Positions 46,249-59,711 of a stretch of DNA of 64,000 bases are shown in pieces. Position 1 is the stretch's first letter; each line of letters starts with the position of its first letter. The notes beneath the pieces are model-generated. The model did not search any database and had not been told where the DNA came from. It saw nothing but the letters and a program-made list of their open reading frames with translations. A program made the translations under genes and the position numbers. This DNA comes from Solirubrobacteraceae bacterium. GTDB taxonomy: Bacteria > Actinomycetota > Thermoleophilia > Solirubrobacterales > Solirubrobacteraceae. The stretch spans positions 5,483 through 69,482 of the forward strand of contig DASXJY010000033.1 in the NCBI GenBank assembly GCA_036497115.1, in the 5' to 3' direction.

Positions 46249-47136
46249 GTGCGGACCGTCTATCTCGGCACGTCCGAGTTCGCGGCCGGCGTGCTGCGCT
46301 CATTGGCTGCCTCACCCCACCGTCCGGCGCTGGTCGTCACCCGCCCGGACCGTCCCCGGGGACGCGGCCGGCGGCTCGCCGCGCCGCCGGTGGCGGTGGC
46401 CGCCGGCGAGCTGGGGATCGACCTCGATCAGCCGCAATCGGTCAACGACGACTCGGCCCGGGATCGGATCGCGGCGGCGAGACCGGACGTGGTCTGCGTG
46501 TGCGCGTTCGGTGCGCTGATCAAGGAGCCGCTGCTGTCGGCCTACGAGATGCTCAACGTCCACCCGTCGCTGCTCCCCCGCTGGCGCGGCGCCGCGCCGG
46601 TGGAGCGGGCGATCATGGCCGGCGACGAGCGCACCGGCGTGTCGATCATGCGCCTCACCGAAGGGCTGGACAGCGGGCCGGTGTGCGCGCAGGCGCCGGA
46701 GCCGATCGGGGACCAGGACACCTACGGGACGCTCGCCGATCGCCTGCGCGCGACCGGCGGTGAGCTGCTGATCTCGGTGCTCGACGAGCGCCCGCCGTGC
46801 CGCGACCAGGACGAGGCGCAGGCCACCTACGCCGAGAAGCTGACCGCCGCCGACCGGGTGCTCGATCCGGGCCGCCCCGCCGTCGAGCTCGAGCGGGCGG
46901 TGCGGGCGCTGAGCCCCCACATCGGCGCCGCGGTGATGCTGGCCGGCGGGAGCCGCCTGGGGGTGTGGCAGGCGCGGATCGTCGACCGAGCCGGCCTCGA
47001 ACCGGGCGCGCTGTCGCTCGACGGGCCGCTCCCGGCGCTGGGGTGCAGTCCCGGCGCGCTCGAGCTGCTGGTCGTCCAACCTCCCGGCGGCCGGGCGATG
47101 CCGGCCGGTGACTACCTGCGCGGCCGCCGCGGCTGA
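46249..47136 (+). CDS. fmt: Methionyl-tRNA formyltransferase
   Basis: YLGTSEFA, TRPDRPRGRG, NVHPSLLPRWRGAAP, GLDSGP. Confidence 0.95.
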   Translation: MRTVYLGTSEFAAGVLRSLAASPHRPALVVTRPDRPRGRGRRLAAPPVAVAAGELGIDLDQPQSVNDDSARDRIAAARPDVVCVCAFGALIKEPLLSAYEMLNVHPSLLPRWRGAAPVERAIMAGDERTGVSIMRLTEGLDSGPVCAQAPEPIGDQDTYGTLADRLRATGGELLISVLDERPPCRDQDEAQATYAEKLTAADRVLDPGRPAVELERAVRALSPHIGAAVMLAGGSRLGVWQARIVDRAGLEPGALSLDGPLPALGCSPGALELLVVQPPGGRAMPAGDYLRGRRG

Positions 47137-47141
47137 CTGAA

Positions 47142-48479
47142 GTGGCGCCGGCCCCCGCTCAGACCAGTGCCCGCGTCGCTCCTGCCCGGGCCGCCGCCTA
47201 CGCGGTGGTGAGGCGGGTGTTCGAGCACGGCGCTTACGCCGACCGCGCCCTGCACGCCGAGGCCGCCCACCTGGACCGACGCGATCGGTCGCTGGCGATG
47301 GCGCTGGCCTACGGCACCGTGCAGCGCAAGGCGACCCTCGACCACGTGATCGCGCAGCTGTCGACCCGCCCGCCGCAACGCCTGGACTCGCCGGTGCTGG
47401 CGGCGCTTCGGCTCGGCCTGTTGCAGTTGCTGCTGTTGGACGGGATCGCCGATCACGCCGCCATCAACGAGAGCGTGGAGCTGGCCAAGCGCGACGGCCC
47501 CGGCGGCGCCGGATTTGTCAACGCCGTACTGCGACGGGGGGCCCGGGAGGGCCCGGCGGTCCTCGCCGCGCTGTCGGACGAGACGCCGCCGGGCGCGGCG
47601 ATCCTTCACTCCGTGCCGCTGTGGCTGGCCGAGCTGTGGTGGCGCGAGCTGGGGTCTGAGCCGGCTCGGGCGCTGCTGGCGCAGATCAACGCGCCGGCCG
47701 AGTCGGCGCTGCGCGTCAACACGCTGCTGGCCACCGTGGGTGCGGTCAGCGGCGAGCTGGGTGACGGGGTCCGTCCGGCGCCGGGTCTGCCCGAGGGCCT
47801 GGTCCTCGAGCGCCCCTTTGACGTCTACTCGTCGCAGCTGTGGCGGCGGGGCGCGATCATGCCGCAGTCGCGAAGCTCGATGCTGGCCGGGCGGGTCCTG
47901 GCGCCCCAGCCCGGCGAGCGGGTGCTCGACCTGTGCGCGGCACCGGGAGCCAAGACCACGCACCTGGCGGCGCTGATGGGCAATCAGGGAACGCTGCACG
48001 CCGTCGAGCGCCACCCCGGCCGGGCCCAGGCGCTGACGCGGACGCTGCAGCGGATGGACGTCCACACCGCAACGGTCCGGGTCGCCGATGCCACCGACAC
48101 GGCCAGCGCCGACGGCCTCTATGACCGGGTGCTGGTCGACCCGCCATGCAGCGGCCTGGGCACGCTGCAGTCGCGTCCCGATCTGCGCTGGCGCACCAGC
48201 CCGGAGCGGATCGCCGAGACGGCGGCGCTCCAGGCCAGGATCCTGCGCGTCGCCGCCGCCCACACGCGCCCGGGCGGAACCGTGGTCTACTCGGTGTGCA
48301 CGATCTCCCGTCAGGAGAGTGAGGACGTGATCGAGCAGTTCCTCGGCGACCACCCCCGGTTTGCCGTCGAGCCGCTCGCCGGCGACGGCGGCGCCGGGAC
48401 CCCCTACCGCCACCTGCTGCCCCACCGGGACGGCAGCGACGGCTTCTTCATCGCGCGGCTGCGAAGCGGCGACGGCTGA
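47142..48479 (+). CDS. rsmB: 16S rRNA m5C967 methyltransferase RsmB/Sun
   Basis: NusB-like N-terminus, DLCAAPGAKT, DPPCSGLG, YSVCT, DGFFIARL. Confidence 0.93.
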   Translation: MAPAPAQTSARVAPARAAAYAVVRRVFEHGAYADRALHAEAAHLDRRDRSLAMALAYGTVQRKATLDHVIAQLSTRPPQRLDSPVLAALRLGLLQLLLLDGIADHAAINESVELAKRDGPGGAGFVNAVLRRGAREGPAVLAALSDETPPGAAILHSVPLWLAELWWRELGSEPARALLAQINAPAESALRVNTLLATVGAVSGELGDGVRPAPGLPEGLVLERPFDVYSSQLWRRGAIMPQSRSSMLAGRVLAPQPGERVLDLCAAPGAKTTHLAALMGNQGTLHAVERHPGRAQALTRTLQRMDVHTATVRVADATDTASADGLYDRVLVDPPCSGLGTLQSRPDLRWRTSPERIAETAALQARILRVAAAHTRPGGTVVYSVCTISRQESEDVIEQFLGDHPRFAVEPLAGDGGAGTPYRHLLPHRDGSDGFFIARLRSGDG

Positions 48480-48502
48480 CCGGTCACGTAACCTTTCCCG
48501 TT

Positions 48503-48730
48503 GTGAGCGAACCAGCCCCGAAGCTCGGACCGGAATGTCCCGGATGTGGAGAGCCCTGGCTGCGGCCCACGGCCGTGCCGGGCCGCTACCGCTGCGTCTA
48601 CTGCCTGCAGCGATACGAGCTCGTGTCGGTCTGCCCGGACTGCGGCGAGCATTCGACGATCGTGCGGATGTCGAGCACCGCGATCGTGGAGTGCAACCAC
48701 TGCCAGGGCAGCATGCTCAGGGCGGTGTAG
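48503..48730 (+). CDS. Small Cys-rich putative double zinc-ribbon protein
   Basis: 75 aa with four CxxC motifs (CPGC, CVYC, CPDC, CNHC). It fills the rsmB-rpe gap and has TAACCT 8 nt upstream. Confidence 0.7.
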   Translation: MSEPAPKLGPECPGCGEPWLRPTAVPGRYRCVYCLQRYELVSVCPDCGEHSTIVRMSSTAIVECNHCQGSMLRAV

Positions 48731-48733
48731 GGC

Positions 48734-49426
48734 TTGCCTGACCGCGAGCTGGGGCTGCTGCGCGAGCGGCTGGTGGTCCCCTCGATTCTGTCGGCCGACT
48801 TCGCGCGGCTCGGGGCCCAGGTCAAGGAGGTGCTCGACGCCGGCGCCCGCATGATCCACGTCGATGTCATGGACGGCCACTTCGTCCCCCCGATCACCAT
48901 GGGGGCGGTGGTGGTCAGCGCGCTCGCCGACCTCGTCCACCAGGCCGGGGGCCTGATCGACGTCCACATGATGGTCCAGCGGCCCGAACGCCATGTCGAC
49001 GACATCGCCAGCGCCGGGGCCGACAACATCACCGTGCACGTCGAGGCAACGGCCCATCTTCACTACACGCTGACCCGGATCCGGGAGCAGGGCTGCAGCG
49101 CCGGAGCGGCGGTGTGCCCGGCGACGCCGGCCGGCAGCATCGACGAGGTCGCCGGCGAGACGCTCGACCTCGCGCTGTGCATGAGCGTCAACCCCGGCTG
49201 GGGCGGACAGCAGTTCATTCCGGCCTCGATCGACAAGCTCGATCGGATGCGCCGGGCGCTTCCCAACCACGCCGCGCTCGAGGTCGACGGCGGTGTCCAT
49301 GTCGACACGGCGGGGATGTGCGCGCAGGCCGGGGCAAACCTGCTGGTGACCGGTTCCGCTGTGTTCGGCTCCGACGACCCGGCGGCGACCTACGCGGCGA
49401 TCGTCGAGGCCGCCGCGGCGGTCTGA
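48734..49426 (+). CDS. rpe: Ribulose-phosphate 3-epimerase
   Basis: PSILSADF, HVDVMDGHFVP, DVHMM, MSVNPGWGGQ, EVDGG. Confidence 0.96.
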   Translation: MPDRELGLLRERLVVPSILSADFARLGAQVKEVLDAGARMIHVDVMDGHFVPPITMGAVVVSALADLVHQAGGLIDVHMMVQRPERHVDDIASAGADNITVHVEATAHLHYTLTRIREQGCSAGAAVCPATPAGSIDEVAGETLDLALCMSVNPGWGGQQFIPASIDKLDRMRRALPNHAALEVDGGVHVDTAGMCAQAGANLLVTGSAVFGSDDPAATYAAIVEAAAAV

Positions 49427-50832
49427 GCCCGGGCGTCACCGCGCCGGTAGACCAGCCACAGCATCGCGCACAACACCGCCGTGGCCAGGAAGTAGCCGAC
49501 CTCGACCCGGGTCACCTCGGAGCCGATCAGGTCGCTGGCCACCAAGATCACGAACAGCGCCGCCGAGATCAGCCACGCCCCGGCGGCCAGCTGGGCCTGC
49601 CCGCGGGCCAGCGCCGCCTGGTTGAGCGTTCCCGAGACGAGGTGCAGCCCCATCCCCAGCCCCACCAGGGCAAGCCCGTAGCGGCCGTAGCTAAAGCCCT
49701 TGTTGCCCAGCACCGCGGTCATCACCGCCGGGCCGATCAGCAGCAGCCCCAGCGCCACCGCCAGCGCGAAGGCGGTGATGGCCAGGATCGTGACCCGGAT
49801 CGCGTGGTGAAACTCGCCCGCGTTCTCGCGCGCCTCGAGTCCGGCCAGGTGCGGCAGGATCGAGGTCTGGATGGCCTGGAAGAGCTGCAGCGGCGCCCGC
49901 ACGATCAGCATCACGTTGAACACGAAGCCGGTCAGGCCGCTGGTCAAAGCGACTCCTCCGGCCTTGGCGGCCACGATCAGCACCCCGGCGTTCATCAACG
50001 TCTGCTCAGACAGCATGATCCCGACCACGGCCACGGCAAATCCCGCTCCGTGGCGCAGCGAGAGGTCGGCCGACGCCTCCTCGAGCTGGGCGTGGGCGGG
50101 GCCCTCCCGAGCGGCGTCGGCGACCGGGACGTCAGCCGGTGCCCGCACGCGCAGGCGCGAGAACGCGAACGGCATCACGCACAGCGACGCAAACGGTGCC
50201 ACCGCCATCCCGAGTCCCACCACGCCCTGTCCGGACCCGATTCCCACCGCCACCGCCAGGGCGAACAGAAACCGCGAGGTCGCCTCCAGGAACACCAGCC
50301 CCCCGTATAAGGCGAAGCGCTGGTGGCCGGCCAGCCAGCCGCGGGCGAAGTAGCTGGCGGCGTAGGCCAGGACGCCGATGACCAGGATCCAGTACAGGGC
50401 GCTGGAGCCGTCGAACATCCCCTGCTCGATCTGGGGTCGCAGAGCGAGCGCGACGACCAGGAAGATCACCGCGAAGCCGAACTGGATCGCCGCCGGCACC
50501 CGCAGCGATTGCCCATGCAGGCCGCGGGCTCGGCGGTCGGCGATCGTGCGCGAGAGCAGCTGCTCTATGGGCCGGTAGATCACCGACAGGATCACGAACA
50601 TGATCGCCCAGCACAGCGAGATCCGGCTGTAGGACGCGGGATCGAGAACGTGGCTGGCCGTGGCCAGGTAGGCGAACGTGAACACCCCGGTGGAGGCAAT
50701 CCCGATCGAGAGGATCCGCGCCCCGGACGCGAACGAGCTTGGGGGAGCGGACTCCGGGCCGCCGCGGTTGCCGTTGCCGCCGTCGCCGGCGGGCGGCTGC
50801 TCGCCGGTAGCCAAGCTGGTCGCCGAGCTCAT
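49390..50832 (-). CDS. Polysaccharide/oligosaccharide flippase-like (MOP/Wzx) membrane protein
   Basis: About 12-14 TM segments with a two-fold organisation and RPIEQLLSR / RAPLQLFQAIQTSILP. ATGA-coupled to the methyltransferase. Confidence 0.6.
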   Translation of the reverse strand: MSSATSLATGEQPPAGDGGNGNRGGPESAPPSSFASGARILSIGIASTGVFTFAYLATASHVLDPASYSRISLCWAIMFVILSVIYRPIEQLLSRTIADRRARGLHGQSLRVPAAIQFGFAVIFLVVALALRPQIEQGMFDGSSALYWILVIGVLAYAASYFARGWLAGHQRFALYGGLVFLEATSRFLFALAVAVGIGSGQGVVGLGMAVAPFASLCVMPFAFSRLRVRAPADVPVADAAREGPAHAQLEEASADLSLRHGAGFAVAVVGIMLSEQTLMNAGVLIVAAKAGGVALTSGLTGFVFNVMLIVRAPLQLFQAIQTSILPHLAGLEARENAGEFHHAIRVTILAITAFALAVALGLLLIGPAVMTAVLGNKGFSYGRYGLALVGLGMGLHLVSGTLNQAALARGQAQLAAGAWLISAALFVILVASDLIGSEVTRVEVGYFLATAVLCAMLWLVYRRGDARAQTAAAASTIAA

Positions 50833-51461
50833 CGACTCACTCGCACCAGCAGCATCGTCCATGGAAACGGCGAGCGGATCTCCACCACTTGGCCGTACCC
50901 GCCGAGTAGCCCCACAAACGCCCCGCGGCTCCAGTGGTTCAGGTGGCCAGGCGTATTGCCGAGCTCGCGCAGGTAGGCCCCCCGGGCGACGTTGAGAGCC
51001 CGCCACAGCGGCTCTCGCGGGACCGAGACGATCAACCACCGGCCGGCCACGCGCGCCATCTCAGCCAGCACGGCGCGGGGCTGCGCCACATGCTCGAGCA
51101 CCTCGGTGGCGGCGACCAGATCGAATTGATCATCGCCGTACTGAAGCCGCTCGGCGGCCATGGCCCGGAACTCCAGGTTCGCCGGTCCCCGGCGAGCCGA
51201 CCACTCGGCCTCGAGCTTTGGATCCTCGAGGTCGATGCCCACCACCGGGCCGGAGCCCAGCCGCCGGGCCCACTGGGCAGTCAGCACGCCCTCGCCGCAG
51301 CCGACGTCGAGCACCGAATCGGGATCGGCGAGCCTGAACAGCTCGTCGAGGCTGCGCTCGAAGCCGGACATCAGCCGGCGCACCACCGGGTTGGCCGAGC
51401 CGTACTTGTCGTAGGTGTTGCCGGTCGGGACCGCAGCCCCGGCGGCGGGCGCCGAGGTCAT
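50829..51461 (-). CDS. Class I SAM-dependent methyltransferase
   Basis: VLDVGCGEG, FDLV...EVLEHV..P...L.EM.RV. Confidence 0.88.
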   Translation of the reverse strand: MTSAPAAGAAVPTGNTYDKYGSANPVVRRLMSGFERSLDELFRLADPDSVLDVGCGEGVLTAQWARRLGSGPVVGIDLEDPKLEAEWSARRGPANLEFRAMAAERLQYGDDQFDLVAATEVLEHVAQPRAVLAEMARVAGRWLIVSVPREPLWRALNVARGAYLRELGNTPGHLNHWSRGAFVGLLGGYGQVVEIRSPFPWTMLLVRVSR

Positions 51462-52474
51462 ACCTCGAGCGCCTCGCGGTCAGCCTCGTCTTTGCCAGGC
51501 GCCGCTCCGGGCTCGTAGTGCGAGGGCTCGACGCCGAGCTGGAGCTCGATTCGCCGCACCCGTTCGAAGGTCCGCTGCGACAGCGTCCTCTGCGCGTCGA
51601 GCAGGTCGCCGATCACTCCCAGCGAGCCGAGCAGCATGGCGGCGTTGAACAGCACGGCGCCGGCGATCAGCGACTGGACGTGGCCGCGGCCCTGGCCCTC
51701 GATGAAATAGACCACGAAGCGGATGAAGACGGCGAACGCGGCCAGGCCCATCACCAGGGCGCCGCCCCAGAAGACCTTGAGCGGCTCGTACTGGGAGTAG
51801 ATGCGGAAGATCGACACGGCGTTGCGCCGGATGTAGGCCGTCATCGAGGGAAACAGCCGGGACTCGCGGGTCTTGGCGTTGGTCCGGATCGGGACGTGGT
51901 CGACGGCGACCAGCAGCTTTCCGGCCTGGATGATCGTCTCCAGCGTGTAGGTGAACCGCGACACCGCCTGCATCTGGAGCGCCGCCTCGCGGTTATAGGC
52001 GCGAAAGCCCGACGTGGTGTCGGGAATCTCGGTCGAGGAGGCCTGGCGCACGACCCACGATCCCAGCCGCTGCAGGCGCCGCTTGGAGCGCGAGAAGTTC
52101 TCGTTGGTGTCGACCTGACGGTCGCCGATCACCATGTCGGCCTCGCCCCTGAGGATCGGGGCCACCAGCTTGGGCACATCGCTGCCCTCGTACTGGTTGT
52201 CGGCGTCGGTGTTGACGATCACGTCGGCCCCCAGCTTCAATCCCGCGTCGAGCCCCGCCTGGAAGGCCGCGGCCAGGCCCTTGTGGTTGGTCAACCGGAC
52301 GATGTGATCGACTCCATTGGCCCGGGCCGTCTCGATCGTCGCATCCGTGGAGCCGTCATCGATGATCAAAAACTCGACCGCGTCAAAGCCCTCGATCTGC
52401 CGCGGCAGGCGGCTGAGCGTAAGCGGGAGCTGCTCCTGCTCGTTGAAACACGGGATCTGGATGATGAGCTTCAT
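51458..52474 (-). CDS. GT2 glycosyltransferase (polyprenyl-phosphate sugar synthase-like)
   Basis: IPCFNE, IDDGSTD, NTDADNQY, DTTSGFRAY, two C-terminal TMs. Confidence 0.88.
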   Translation of the reverse strand: MKLIIQIPCFNEQEQLPLTLSRLPRQIEGFDAVEFLIIDDGSTDATIETARANGVDHIVRLTNHKGLAAAFQAGLDAGLKLGADVIVNTDADNQYEGSDVPKLVAPILRGEADMVIGDRQVDTNENFSRSKRRLQRLGSWVVRQASSTEIPDTTSGFRAYNREAALQMQAVSRFTYTLETIIQAGKLLVAVDHVPIRTNAKTRESRLFPSMTAYIRRNAVSIFRIYSQYEPLKVFWGGALVMGLAAFAVFIRFVVYFIEGQGRGHVQSLIAGAVLFNAAMLLGSLGVIGDLLDAQRTLSQRTFERVRRIELQLGVEPSHYEPGAAPGKDEADREALEV

Positions 52475-52580
52475 GGGCTGCCGGCGAGCTTCCGATCTCC
52501 TCGCGCCGCGCTGCCCGAAATCGAGCTCTCCGTGGGCGCGCGCTTACGATCACACGGTAGCGGGATACTCGTAGGGCGAC

Positions 52581-54403
52581 ATGGATGCGGCAACGGTAGC
52601 CAGGGCCCAGCCCACCGAGCGCGTCCCGCTCTCACCGCCGCCTCCGCGGCGTCGGCGTCTTCGCCTGCCGTTGGGCAAGTCCGGTCGCGAGCTCTACCGC
52701 CCCGCGCTCGTGGTGCTGCTCGGGGTCACCCTGGGCCTGCGGCTGTGGGGCGTCAAGCAGGGCCTCCCCTACAGCTACAACGTCGACGAGGCGACGCATT
52801 TCGTCCCGCGGGCGATCGCGTTCTTTTCGCATGACTACAACCCACAGTATTTTCTCAACCCGCCGGGCTATTCCTACCTGCTGCATCTCGTCTTCGAGCT
52901 GTGGTTCGGCAGCGGCGACGCGGTGGCGCGAGCGTTCGCCACCGACCCCACCGGGGTGTTCGTGGTGGCGCGGGTGGTGGCGGCGGTGCTCGGCACGATC
53001 GCCGTGTGGCTCACGTATCTGGCCGGCGAGCGGCTGTTTGACCGCACCGTGGCGCTGGTCGGGGCCGCGATCTTCGCGTTCGCCTTCCTGCCCACCTTCT
53101 ACAGCCACCTGGCCCTCAACGACGTACCCACGCTGGCCCCGGTGGCGCTGTCGCTGTACGGGGTGGCCGGCGTGCTGCGCCGCGGCTGGCGGCGCGACTA
53201 CGTCATCGCCGGCGTGGCCATCGGCCTCGCCGCGGCGACCAAGTACACCGGCGGGGTGACCCTGGTCTGTCTGCTGGCGGCGGCGGTGTGCGACGGGTGG
53301 GGCGGCGGCGGCGCGACGATCGCACTGCGCCGAACGGCCCTCTCACTGGTGATAGCGCTGCTGGCCTTCGTCGCCGCCAACCCCTATTCGGCGCTCGACT
53401 TCTCCGCCTTTCAGGCCGGGATCTCCACCCAGGCCTCGCTGGCCGGGGGCGAGGACCCGGTCAAGCTCGGCACGACCGCGGCCAGCGGCACGGCCTACTA
53501 CCTGTGGACCTTCACCTGGGGGATGGGCTGGGTCCCGAGCCTGGCTGCGCTCGGTGGCTCGGTGCTGCTGCTGGTCCGCCGGCGCCTGACGGTGGCGCTG
53601 GTGCTGATCCCGGCGCCGATCGCCTTCGTCATCTTCATGGGCGACCAGCAGCGGTTCTTCGGTCGCTGGCTGATGCCGATCTTCCCGATCGTCGCGCTGC
53701 TGGGCGCCTACGGCGCGGTGGCGCTCGTGCGCTGGCTGATCCGGGCCGGTCGACTCCCCGGGGCCCCGGTCTGGGTTGTGGCCGGGATTCTCCTGCTGGG
53801 CCAGAGCGCGGTCGCGGTGGTCCACAACGACTCGGTCCTGTCGCGGCCCGATACCCGCAACCTGGCCCGCTCCTGGATGGTCGGCCACGTCCCGGCGGGG
53901 GCCAAGGTGGTGATCGAGCCCGTGGTCGAGGACAACTGGGCGACGGACGTGGGGCGCTCGCTGGCCTGGACCGCGTCCGGTGGGCGCTGGCAGCGCTACC
54001 CGACCTGGTTGACCAACGTCGACACCAGCTACAACCCGCTCCCCCCCGGAGAGCACCGCTACGTGCCCGTCGACCAGTACGAGCGTACGCTGCGACCGCA
54101 GCTTCTTGACCAGTACGCCTCCAGCGGTTACTGCTGGGTGGTGATCGGCTCGCTGCAGGCCGGGCGCTCGTTCGCGCAGCCCAAGCTGGCCCCCCAGGCC
54201 ATCGCCTACTACGCGCAGCTGGCCAACAACGCGCGCCTCGTCTATCACGTCAGCCCGTTCGGTCACGGCTCGCGCGCGGTCCCGTTCAGCTTCGATTGGT
54301 CGATCGACTACTACCCCGGCCAGTACGCCCGTCCCGGTCCCGAGATCAGCGTCTACCGGCTGCAAAGCGGGAAGTGCGCACCGAACTATTCTCCAAAGCG
54401 GAA

Positions 54404-54407
<4 letters not shown>
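52581..54407 (+). CDS. GT-C fold glycosyltransferase (GT39/ArnT-like)
   Basis: LRLWG...GLP...NVDE, NPP.YSYL, AAATKY, RW.MP.FP; C-terminal extracellular domain. Confidence 0.8.
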
Positions 54408-55525
<1,118 letters not shown>

Positions 55526-55529
55526 GCGC

Positions 55530-56120
55530 ATGTTCACCGGCCTGGTGGCAGACCGAGGAGAGATCGTCAAGGCCAGGCGGTCGTCCGACGGCGTCGTCCT
55601 GGCGGTGCGCAGTGAGCTGGCGGCCGAGTTGGCCGAGGGCGACTCGGTCGCCGTCAACGGCGTCTGCCTGACCGCCACCGCCACTGCCGGCGATTCCTTC
55701 GAGGCCGAGGTGATGAACGAGACGCTGACGCGCAGCTCGCTGGCCGACGCCGGCGAGGGGCTCGAGGTCAACCTCGAGCTGCCGCTGCGGGCCTCGGATC
55801 GTCTCGGTGGTCACGTCGTCCAGGGCCACGTCGACGGGGTCGGAACGATCGGCTCGGTGACCGGGGACGGGTTCGCCCAGCGGGTCGAGATCGAGGCTCC
55901 GCAGGACGTCCTGCGCTACGTGGTCGTCAAGGGCTCGATCGCCGTCGACGGCGTGTCGCTCACGGTCGCCGGCACCGATGACCGATCCTTTACCGTTTCT
56001 CTGATCCCCGAAACGCTCCAACGCACCAATCTCGGCCGGGCGACGGCCGGTAGGCGAGTCAACCTGGAGGTGGACGTGCTGGCCAAATATGTCGAGAAGC
56101 TGATCGGGGCGACCCGATGA
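55530..56120 (+). CDS. ribE: Riboflavin synthase
   Basis: MFTGLV, SVAVNGVCLT, GGHVVQGHVDG, KGSIAVDGVSLT, VNLEVD. Confidence 0.96.
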   Translation: MFTGLVADRGEIVKARRSSDGVVLAVRSELAAELAEGDSVAVNGVCLTATATAGDSFEAEVMNETLTRSSLADAGEGLEVNLELPLRASDRLGGHVVQGHVDGVGTIGSVTGDGFAQRVEIEAPQDVLRYVVVKGSIAVDGVSLTVAGTDDRSFTVSLIPETLQRTNLGRATAGRRVNLEVDVLAKYVEKLIGATR

Positions 56121-57412
56121 GCGCCACACCGGCGACGTTCGCGACGATCGAAGACGCGATCGAGGACATTCGGCAGGGCAAGATGGTGGTGGTCTGCGAC
56201 GACGAGACACGCGAGAACGAGGGCGACCTGACGATGGCCGCGCAGTTTGTGACCCCCGAGGCGATCAACTTCATGGCCAAGGAGGGACGGGGCCTGGTCT
56301 GCCTGGCGCTGACCCCTGACCGCTGCGATGAGCTGGGACTGGACCTGATGGCGGCCAAGAACGAATCGGCGTTCGAGACCGCGTTCACCGTCTCGGTCGA
56401 AGCCCGCTCGGGCGTCAGCACGGGGATCTCGGCGGCTGATCGGGCCCGCACGATCCAGGTGGCCATCGACCCCCAGACCAGTCCGCGGGAGCTCGTCCAG
56501 CCCGGGCACGTGTTCCCGCTCAAGGCCAAGACCGGCGGCGTGCTGGAACGCGTCGGCCAGACCGAGGCAGCGGTCGACCTGGCCCGCCTGGCCGGCCTGA
56601 TCCCGGCCGGCGTCATCTGCGAGATCATGAACGACGACGGGACCATGGCCCGGGTCGGAGACCTCGGGCCCTACTGCGAGCGCCACGGCCTGAAGCTGGT
56701 CACGGTCGCCGACCTGGTGGCCTACCGGCGCCGGCACGAGAAGCTCGTCGAGCGCGTGGTCTCGACCAAGCTTCCGACCGCCTTCGGGGAGTTCGTCGCC
56801 TACGGCTACCGCTCGCTAGTCGACAACAAGCACCACGTCGCGCTGGTCAAGGGAGAGGTCGCTCAGGCCGACGACGTGCTCGTCCGCGTGCACTCGGAGT
56901 GCCTGACCGGCGACGTATTTCACTCGCTGCGCTGCGACTGCGGCGAGCAGCTCGAGTCGGCCCTGTCGATGATCGAGCAAGAGGGCCAGGGAGTGCTGCT
57001 GTACCTCAGCCAGGAGGGGCGGGGCATCGGCCTGCTCAACAAGCTGCGCGCCTACAAGCTGCAGGAGGAGGGGCTCGACACGGTCGACGCCAACCTGCGC
57101 CTCGGCCTTCCCGCCGACCTGCGCGACTACGGCATCGGCGCGCAGATCCTCACCGACCTCGGACTGACCAGCATCCGGATCCTGACCAACAACCCCAAGA
57201 AGATCTCCGGCCTGGCCGGCTACGGGCTGTCGGTCTCAGATCAGATCCCGATCCAGCACGAGCCCAACCCCCACAACGAGGCCTACCTGCGCGCCAAGCG
57301 CGAGAAGCTGGGGCACACGCTCCACCACCAGGGCCTGGCGCTCGACGAGGAGATGCTCCACCAGGAGCACGAGCACGACGAGCAGGTCAACCGCCAGGCA
57401 GATGGCGTCTGA
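56117..57412 (+). CDS. ribBA: Bifunctional DHBP synthase / GTP cyclohydrolase II
   Basis: DDETRENEGD, PGHVFPL, ICEI, RVHSECLTGD, RCDCG, QEGRGIGL, TNNPKK. Confidence 0.96.
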   Translation: MSATPATFATIEDAIEDIRQGKMVVVCDDETRENEGDLTMAAQFVTPEAINFMAKEGRGLVCLALTPDRCDELGLDLMAAKNESAFETAFTVSVEARSGVSTGISAADRARTIQVAIDPQTSPRELVQPGHVFPLKAKTGGVLERVGQTEAAVDLARLAGLIPAGVICEIMNDDGTMARVGDLGPYCERHGLKLVTVADLVAYRRRHEKLVERVVSTKLPTAFGEFVAYGYRSLVDNKHHVALVKGEVAQADDVLVRVHSECLTGDVFHSLRCDCGEQLESALSMIEQEGQGVLLYLSQEGRGIGLLNKLRAYKLQEEGLDTVDANLRLGLPADLRDYGIGAQILTDLGLTSIRILTNNPKKISGLAGYGLSVSDQIPIQHEPNPHNEAYLRAKREKLGHTLHHQGLALDEEMLHQEHEHDEQVNRQADGV

Positions 57413-57447
57413 GCCAGGCGCCGGGTCAGGCCGGTGGATGCACTGCG

Positions 57448-57915
57448 ATGAGTTCTGACCGCCGGGTCGCGCTGTGCGTCGCGCGCTTCTACGACGAGCT
57501 CGCCGACAAGCTCGAGGCGGGCGCTCGCGCCGGGCTCGAGGAGGCCGGGATCACCCAGGTCGACCGATTCGACGTGCCGGGAGCCTTCGAGCTGCCGCTG
57601 ATCGCCAAGTACGCCGCGGAGTCAGGGCGCTTTGCCGCCGTCGTCTGCCTCGGCGCCGTGATTCGCGGTGAGACCGATCACTACCACTACGTCTGCGACA
57701 GCGCCGCCCGGGGCATCTCCAGCGTCCAGCTTCAGACCGGCGTGCCGACTGGCTTCGGCGTGCTCACCGTCGACACCATGGAGCAGGCCCTGGACCGGGT
57801 GACCGGTGGCTCAAAGCGCGACACCGGACGCCAGGCCGCCGAGGCGGTCCTGGCCTCGCTGGCCGTCGCCGACGAGCTGTCGGCCCGGCGTGGCCGAGCC
57901 GGCTTCGCGGCCTGA
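57448..57915 (+). CDS. ribH: 6,7-dimethyl-8-ribityllumazine synthase
   Basis: VPGAFELP, LGAVIRGETDHY, GFGVLT...EQALDR. Confidence 0.95.
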   Translation: MSSDRRVALCVARFYDELADKLEAGARAGLEEAGITQVDRFDVPGAFELPLIAKYAAESGRFAAVVCLGAVIRGETDHYHYVCDSAARGISSVQLQTGVPTGFGVLTVDTMEQALDRVTGGSKRDTGRQAAEAVLASLAVADELSARRGRAGFAA

Positions 57916-57923
57916 GCCGACGC

Positions 57924-59618
<1,695 letters not shown>

Positions 59619-59711
59619 TGGGACGATTCTGTACCCGGCTGGCGTGATCTAAATCCGCCACCGGGTGCCCCGATGGTACGTCAATCCGAGCCGTTTATAT
59701 ACTCGCCAGCA

